DNA from: a virus
DNA: 64,000 nt
IMG/VR virus record: IMGVR_UViG_3300031519_006853
Coordinates: 117,664-181,663 of that record
Reading direction: 5' to 3' (one strand)
Positions 58,322 to 64,000 of the stretch are shown piece after piece. Position numbers and translations under genes: made by a program. The notes under the pieces were generated by a model. It was not told the origin of the DNA. It saw only the letters and a program-made list of their open reading frames with translations, and searched no databases. Position 1 is the first letter of the stretch; each line of letters starts with the position of its first letter.

Positions 58322-59593
58322 ATGAAACATGTAAAATTGTTTGAACAATGGCTGACTGACAAAAGTCAGCCATTTTTGTTTGAAGGTGGTGCTGCTGGTC
58401 ATATGCAGCATCCATTTGATAATAAGGATTTAACCTTTGGAGATTTCAAAGCAATGGTTGATGCTGGACTTAGAGGCCAATTAAACTTTGAAGAAGATCC
58501 TACAGAAAAAACTGATGGGCAAAACTTATTCGTAACTATTCAAGATGGTAAAGTAAAATTTGCTAGAAATAAAGGTCAAATGGCAAACCCATTAGATCTT
58601 AATGGTATTATTGATATGTTTACTGGTCATGCATCAAAGTTAGTAGAAGATACTTATATTTTTGCTGCTAGAGATTTAGATAAGCTATTAAGAAAGCTTT
58701 CACCAGCAGATCAAGAAAAGTATTTTAAGAATGGAAAAGATTTTATGAATATGGAATTAATCTATTCATTGAATCCAAATGTTATTCATTATGATACCGA
58801 TGTTATACAATTTCATGGAATAAAAGAAACAGATGGTAAAGGTAATATCATAGGTACAAATAATAAACCTGCAAAAGAAATAACAAGTATACTCCAAAAG
58901 GTAAAATCTGATATTGGTAAAACATTTAAAATTATACCACCTAAAGTAATTCAATTACAAAGAGATTTAGATTTTACTGCAAATAAGAAAAAGTTTATTA
59001 ATCAAGTTAATGCTTTAGAAAAAAGGTACGGATTAAATGACGGTGATGAAGTTTCAAGATATCATGAAATGTGGTGGAGAGAATTAATAGATAAAGAATT
59101 TCCAACATTAACTCAAGATATTAAAGAAGGTTTACTTAGAAGATGGGCATACGGTGATAAGAAGAGTTTAAACATGAGATCTTTAGCTAAACAAGTTGGT
59201 CCTAAAGAAGCTGCACTGGTTAAGAAGTTTGATAAAGAGGATGTTGCTAAAAAGTATAAAGAAAACATTAGACCATTTGAAGATCTGTTTTTAGAGCTAG
59301 GTTCTATCATTATGAAAAATGCTTCTAACTTCTTAGCTGCTAATCCATCAGGTGAAGCACAAAGACTAAGAAAAGAAATTGAAACTCAAGCAAGTAAGAT
59401 TAAAAAGACAGGTGGTGTAGAACAAATTAAAAAGGTTGAAGCTGAGCTTGCAAGATTAAGTCGTATTGGTGGTATAGAATCAATATTTCCAACTGAAGGT
59501 ATTGTATTTAAATATAAAGGTAAGATCTATAAGCTAACTGGTACCTTTGCTGCAATTAATCAGCTAATGGGTATAATTAAATACGGCAACTAG
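58322..59593 (+). CDS. RNA-ligase-fold (covalent nucleotidyltransferase) protein with CTS-like N-terminus
   Basis: MKHVKLFEQWL...FLFE|GG, TEKTDGQN (motif I KxDG), FARNK (Ia), NMELIY (III), EGIVFK (IV), IYKLTG (V). Confidence 0.6.
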   Translation: MKHVKLFEQWLTDKSQPFLFEGGAAGHMQHPFDNKDLTFGDFKAMVDAGLRGQLNFEEDPTEKTDGQNLFVTIQDGKVKFARNKGQMANPLDLNGIIDMFTGHASKLVEDTYIFAARDLDKLLRKLSPADQEKYFKNGKDFMNMELIYSLNPNVIHYDTDVIQFHGIKETDGKGNIIGTNNKPAKEITSILQKVKSDIGKTFKIIPPKVIQLQRDLDFTANKKKFINQVNALEKRYGLNDGDEVSRYHEMWWRELIDKEFPTLTQDIKEGLLRRWAYGDKKSLNMRSLAKQVGPKEAALVKKFDKEDVAKKYKENIRPFEDLFLELGSIIMKNASNFLAANPSGEAQRLRKEIETQASKIKKTGGVEQIKKVEAELARLSRIGGIESIFPTEGIVFKYKGKIYKLTGTFAAINQLMGIIKYGN

Positions 59594-59662
59594 TTGTTAA
59601 TAACTTTTTTAAAATAATTAGAGAAGTATGGCCACAATCGCGAAAAATTGATTATATTTATA
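59594..59662 (+). promoter_or_regulatory. Conserved early-type promoter element (copy B)
   Basis: Differs from 151-218 only in the T/A run and one C/T substitution. Confidence 0.7.
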
Positions 59663-59682
59663 TATAATAAAATAACAACAAT

Positions 59683-60039
59683 ATGGAACACTTACACACT
59701 TATGAATCCCTTAATGAATCTAAGAAATTAGACACTATTAAAAAACAAGTTTTGGATTTTGCTGAAAAGAACGGCAAATCTAAATGGGGAGACTTACAGA
59801 AATTTATTTTAACTCTTAAGGGCTTAGATCCAAATGATAGAGATAATCGTGGGCAGTTCTCATCTTATTTTTCTGGTGGGTCTTCTTGGCAATCAAAAGG
59901 AAAGGATACTAAATTAGGTAGAGATGCAAATTCTCATGGTTTATTAATGAGGCCTACTAAACAAGATCCAAGATATTTAGAAAAAGATGGTAAAGATTAT
60001 ATTGTAAAGGTATGGGATGGTAAATCTAAATTAGCATAA
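59683..60039 (+). CDS. small protein with CTS-like N-terminus
   Basis: 118 aa starting MEHLHTYESLNE|S. Confidence 0.65.
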   Translation: MEHLHTYESLNESKKLDTIKKQVLDFAEKNGKSKWGDLQKFILTLKGLDPNDRDNRGQFSSYFSGGSSWQSKGKDTKLGRDANSHGLLMRPTKQDPRYLEKDGKDYIVKVWDGKSKLA

Positions 60040-60040
60040 T

Positions 60041-60367
60041 ATGAAAAACTTTAATGAATTTGTAAATGAAGCTATCAGCTATAAAGATAGAGATGGTAAA
60101 TCATTTAAAATAAAAGGTATGAATTTTGTTTATACTGAGCAAGGCGGTAGATTTTATGGAACATATTTATATGACGTAGCAAAAACTGCAAATGTTCAAT
60201 GGACATCAAAGATATCTATAGATGAAACTAATAAATTATTAAAGTCATTAGGGGTTAAGTTAGAGCTACCAAATAGATATGATGATAGAGATCTGGATAA
60301 GATATGTAAAGAAGTATCAAAAAAGAGTATAGTATGCGACCACGGTGATTATATGGATGTATCATAA
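60041..60367 (+). CDS. small protein with CTS-like N-terminus
   Basis: 108 aa starting MKNFNEFVNE|A, a close match to T4 MKTYQEFIAE. Confidence 0.65.
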   Translation: MKNFNEFVNEAISYKDRDGKSFKIKGMNFVYTEQGGRFYGTYLYDVAKTANVQWTSKISIDETNKLLKSLGVKLELPNRYDDRDLDKICKEVSKKSIVCDHGDYMDVS

Positions 60368-60407
60368 TTAATATGTAATAATAATAGGAAAATAATATAA
60401 GTGTATT

Positions 60408-60441
60408 AGAGGTGAGTTAAACGACTCATCTTTTTTGTTTT
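60408..60441 (+). terminator. Intrinsic (rho-independent) terminator
   Basis: AGAGGTGAGT-TAAACG-ACTCATCTTT hairpin followed by a T-rich tract, after the two small ORFs. Confidence 0.75.
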
Positions 60442-60489
60442 AAACATTCTTTAAATCTAATATATAAAAGGTATAACTAAAAACTAATA

Positions 60490-63291
60490 ATGAAAGAGTT
60501 AACAAACATATATAAAGAAGCAGGGCAACAGTTCGTAGATGATCTATTTAAAGATTACCTATTAGTGACTGAAAAATTATCAGGATCATCATTCTCATTT
60601 GAAAGACATGGTGATGAATTGAAATTTTTTAAAGGCAGCAACAAGCAGCCTATTAATTTAGTGGATAGAACACTAATGATGTATTATGAACCTGCAATTC
60701 AATACATACTTTCACAAACAGTAGATAATTTAGAAGACTTACCAGAATATTGGAGATTTTGTTTTCAATACTTTGTTAATAATCAACCTGGTGCAATTGA
60801 ATATGATAATATGCCAAAGAATGGTTTAATACTTACTCATATTCAAATTAGAAATGCAAAAGGTAAAATTGCTAAAGTTATAGAAGATCCTAGAGTATTA
60901 AGAGACTGGGCATCTGCGTTTCAAGTAACTCCGCTCATTCCAATATTTAGTGGATATTTAAAAGAAGAACAAAAAAGAAAGATTAGAGAATTTCTTTCAA
61001 CTCCAAAAGAAGATCAGTTAGAAGTATTTGGTACAAGTTCATTTGCTAAATATTTAATTGATTCTTTAAATCCAACGATTAAGCAAACAACATTACAGAA
61101 TGATTTAAATAAACCTATTGATTCTATTATCTTTAAGTTTTTTAAACAAGGAACTAATCAAGTCTTTGCTGCTAAAATGATTGATCCTTATACTGAAGCT
61201 TTAATGAAAGAAAAAGAACCTATAGATCTAAGAAGAGCTCCTGCTGATATTAATGAAATACTTTTATTAGATATTTTAGCTTTTATAGAAGAAAGAGGAT
61301 TAAGAGGTGGCGAACTATTAACTTCAATACCAAGTGAAAGGTATTTAGAATTAATGTCAAATCTATTTAATGACTATATTGCAAAAAGAGGAGTTGATCT
61401 ACAAAAAATAGATATTGAAAAAGCTGAATTTGCAAAAGGGCCAGAATTTAATCTAAATTTAGATTTAATTAAAAATAATAGAACAAGAGAAATATTACAA
61501 AAATCTCCAAAGTTACAAAACTTATATAAAATAATGTTAGGTTCTTTAAGAAAGAAAAGAAACCCTAATCGAATAGGCGCAGTAATGACAGCATCAGTAA
61601 TAGAAGATTTTAATAAAATGGTTTCTAAAGTAAGTGATACTATTAATAAAGAAACATCAAATGAATTTAAAACTTTTGGTGACTATTTAGATAATAAGCT
61701 TACTGAAGAAATAAATCATAAAGATTTAGAAGAATTGATTGTTGAAGAAAAAGTATTAAACTATAATAAATTTATTAACTTAGCTAAAGTAGATATATTA
61801 AATGAAGCTAAGAAGATATCTAAAAAAAGTATAGAGGAATTTTGGAAAAATGGATACAAGAAATATTCTAAGTCAACTGATGTGACAGGGGTATCTTCAA
61901 GAAAGGGAGATACTGGTGAAGTACTTAGAGCTAACTTTGGACCTAACGACGGAACAGCAGAAAAATCTATAAAAGATTTTTTACTTAAGCATGCTGGGAT
62001 TAAACCAAATACTTATAAAATAGAAAGTTTACCAGTAGGTGTTATTTCATCTGACTACGCTGCTTATAAAATAATAATACAAAGAGGTGTTAAAAATAAG
62101 TTAGGACAAGATTATGGAATTAGTGATTTCTTTATTATAACAAATAGATATAAGATTTCTAAAAAGACTGGAGAGGCTTCAGTTATAGGTAGAAAGGATT
62201 TAACCCCAGATAGACTAGGTGTAGCTAAACCTAACGGTATTGAATATCATAATGCGGCTGCGCTATATGCTAAAGTAGAGCCTAAAATTAAAGCTTTAAA
62301 ATATCCTGATAATTATAAAGAGTTTATTTTACAATCAACTCGCGAAGTTATGGATAGTAGCAATAGTGGAAAGTTTACTGATTTTAAAAAATATGCAAAT
62401 GCACCAACACAAATCTTAAATTATAAAATTACAGAATCTTTGTTTGATGGTATAGATCAATTATCAATTCAAAACTTTCAAAATGATTACGGTGAAATAT
62501 TAGGTGGCTTTATGTTATTTAATTTATTACAAGATACTGGTAAAGGTATAAGATATCCAATTAATTCCAACGAAAAGCTAGTAGATTTTTATTTTGATAA
62601 CTATGCAATATCATCAAAGGCAGGTAGGGGCGGTACTCCTAGTGGTGATACTATTATTCAAAGAATATCTTCAATGTACTTAGACGATAAATTAGATTTT
62701 AGTACAATACAAGAACAAGACTTTTATAATTATGTAATAAAAGTATGGACTAATCCAACAAAGCTAGCAAGAAGTGGTATTTATAACACTGTAATGAATT
62801 TATGCAGTGTAAACATTACAGATAAAGCTAATTCAGGTTATTGGTATTTAATAGCCGAATCTAAACTTCAGCCTAATTTATTAACACAAGATTCAGTAGT
62901 GTCTTTCTTAGATGAATTACATTTAGATGAAAATAAGTTTAAAGAATTCTTAAATACATTATGGACAAAGTCAGGTATGGCTTGGAACGATAAAAAATTA
63001 AACGCAGCATATGATGGCTACATTGCATTAGGTAGAAATAGAATAGGTGTAGTATTTTATCCTTTAATGGTTGAAGCTACTAAAATACTTAATGAAAAAT
63101 TCACAAAGCAATTAACACAGTATTCACAATTAGTAACTGATGTTAAACAATTATACTTAGATGTTTTAGTTAAGAAAGGATTGTTTCAATTTAAAACAGT
63201 TCCATTTTCTAAAGCTACATTTGTATTTGAACAAAAAGGAAGTATAGCCAATCCTTTTAATGCTAATATGGGGATAAGAATACTAAAGTAA
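60490..63291 (+). CDS. 933-aa multidomain protein: degenerate ligase-fold N-terminus plus putative PD-(D/E)xK-like C-terminal domain
   Basis: VTEKLSGSSF motif-I-like Lys, internal CTS-like FKTFGDYLDNKLTE|E and ILNE|A, and C-terminal YGEILG...NEKLVDF.....ISSK. Confidence 0.5.
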   Translation: MKELTNIYKEAGQQFVDDLFKDYLLVTEKLSGSSFSFERHGDELKFFKGSNKQPINLVDRTLMMYYEPAIQYILSQTVDNLEDLPEYWRFCFQYFVNNQPGAIEYDNMPKNGLILTHIQIRNAKGKIAKVIEDPRVLRDWASAFQVTPLIPIFSGYLKEEQKRKIREFLSTPKEDQLEVFGTSSFAKYLIDSLNPTIKQTTLQNDLNKPIDSIIFKFFKQGTNQVFAAKMIDPYTEALMKEKEPIDLRRAPADINEILLLDILAFIEERGLRGGELLTSIPSERYLELMSNLFNDYIAKRGVDLQKIDIEKAEFAKGPEFNLNLDLIKNNRTREILQKSPKLQNLYKIMLGSLRKKRNPNRIGAVMTASVIEDFNKMVSKVSDTINKETSNEFKTFGDYLDNKLTEEINHKDLEELIVEEKVLNYNKFINLAKVDILNEAKKISKKSIEEFWKNGYKKYSKSTDVTGVSSRKGDTGEVLRANFGPNDGTAEKSIKDFLLKHAGIKPNTYKIESLPVGVISSDYAAYKIIIQRGVKNKLGQDYGISDFFIITNRYKISKKTGEASVIGRKDLTPDRLGVAKPNGIEYHNAAALYAKVEPKIKALKYPDNYKEFILQSTREVMDSSNSGKFTDFKKYANAPTQILNYKITESLFDGIDQLSIQNFQNDYGEILGGFMLFNLLQDTGKGIRYPINSNEKLVDFYFDNYAISSKAGRGGTPSGDTIIQRISSMYLDDKLDFSTIQEQDFYNYVIKVWTNPTKLARSGIYNTVMNLCSVNITDKANSGYWYLIAESKLQPNLLTQDSVVSFLDELHLDENKFKEFLNTLWTKSGMAWNDKKLNAAYDGYIALGRNRIGVVFYPLMVEATKILNEKFTKQLTQYSQLVTDVKQLYLDVLVKKGLFQFKTVPFSKATFVFEQKGSIANPFNANMGIRILK

Positions 63292-63302
63292 ATATATAAG
63301 GT

Positions 63303-64000
63303 ATGGATAATTTAAATGATTTAAATAATTTCTTAAATGAAAAGAGAGTAACTGTTAAGAGAAGGTACACTGAAGCGTATCCTGCTAAGAATGTATCAAC
63401 GGCTGCGAGGGTAAGAAGTACTATTTTAGATTCTATTGCCGATGGTCATATTACTGAAGATGAGATGACGAGAATACTTTCTGAACTTAAAGCTCATAAG
63501 AGATGGTTAAGTAGAAATAAAGGTTTATTTAATATTAGTGAAGATCAAGCAGGAATTAAAACTTTTTCGCTTTCTCCTTATGGATTAAGAGTAAAGAATA
63601 AAACCACAGTACTTAATGAAGCTTTAAAAGTACCTCATGAAGAAAAGGGTAAAAAACCAGTAAATATGTTTGTTGGTAGATTTCAACCTTTTACACTAGG
63701 ACATGTTAAAGTATTTGAAAAAATGTATAAAGAAAACGGTTTACCTGTTGTAGTTTATATGGTAAGAGGCAGTAAGCCTGATCCAGAGAAAAGACCATTT
63801 GATGAAGATATGCAACAAGCAATGTTTGCTAAAATGAAAAAGCAATATCCATTTTTGGAAGCAAGCTTTGTAGTTCCTAACGGTGCAATTGATACAATGT
63901 TTGCAGCAGCAAGACCAGCATACGAACCTATGATGTGGGGTTATGGTACTGATAGAAAGAAAGATTATGGTGCTATGATTGATAAACAATCATACCGAGA
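63303..64000 (+). CDS. cytidylyltransferase-family / NMN adenylyltransferase-like nucleotidyltransferase (5' part; runs off the window; absent from ORF track)
   Basis: ATG 63303 opens MDNLNDLNNFLNE|K..., later VLNE|ALK and FVGRFQPFTLGH ((T/H)xGH), RPF, GTDR. Open to the window end. Confidence 0.8.
   Translation, partial: MDNLNDLNNFLNEKRVTVKRRYTEAYPAKNVSTAARVRSTILDSIADGHITEDEMTRILSELKAHKRWLSRNKGLFNISEDQAGIKTFSLSPYGLRVKNKTTVLNEALKVPHEEKGKKPVNMFVGRFQPFTLGHVKVFEKMYKENGLPVVVYMVRGSKPDPEKRPFDEDMQQAMFAKMKKQYPFLEASFVVPNGAIDTMFAAARPAYEPMMWGYGTDRKKDYGAMIDKQSYR

Noticed and set aside
58322-59593. Annotation as a second DNA ligase
   Set aside because: It has KxDG but no OB-fold or DNA-binding domain, and a complete DNA ligase is present at 6329-7630.
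295-63989. The many other 60-110-aa ORFs nested in or antisense to longer genes (e.g. 295-510, 6769-6990, 33048-33374, 38483-38812, 53753-54055, 63741-63989)
   Set aside because: They have no motifs, promoter or start context and overlap well-supported genes. 63741-63989 is antisense to the real nucleotidyltransferase starting at 63303.
1-64000. Stop-codon reassignment (code 15 or 4), as in some large Bacteroidetes phages
   Set aside because: Genes up to 1565 aa are intact in code 11, and TAG and TGA end genes at tight junctions with the next start.
1-64000. Prophage or host chromosome origin suggested by dnaJ, groES, rpsA and tRNA
   Set aside because: These genes are interspersed with T4-like structural and replication genes and share phage promoter motifs. 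No integrase, att site, IS or bacterial operon context was seen.

Overview
This is a 64-kb, AT-rich, gene-dense segment of a large lytic T4-like (myovirus) phage genome, probably a jumbo phage, read in the standard genetic code and mostly on the + strand. The host is probably Bacteroidetes (inferred from TAnnTTTG-like boxes, A-rich starts without Shine-Dalgarno sites and a 4-domain bS1). It contains: (i) small early/accessory genes (DksA/TraR zinc finger, lytic transglycosylase, a C2H2 zinc-finger microprotein missed by the ORF track, a DMT-like membrane protein, DnaJ, tRNA-Gln, ATP-dependent DNA ligase, HAD phosphatase, dCMP deaminase); (ii) a long tail/baseplate/neck module (collagen fibre, LysM/gp53-like, hub, gp5/gpV spike, gp13-, gp25-, gp6- and gp7-like proteins, very large structural proteins, a Hint+S74 fibre, gp19-like tube), interrupted by a ribosomal protein S1 homologue and an amidoligase; (iii) replication/recombination genes (RuvC-like, GroES, gp32 SSB, primase, UvsY, UvsW); (iv) a terminal block of proteins with T4 capsid-targeting-sequence-like tags, including two RNA-ligase-fold proteins and a (T/H)xGH nucleotidyltransferase. 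Three promoter-like motif classes recur. Four copies of the late-type motif lie in hairpins that occlude the translation start, and the gp32 leader is structured. No CRISPR array, integrase or IS element was seen. All product calls come from visual motif recognition, not database searches.
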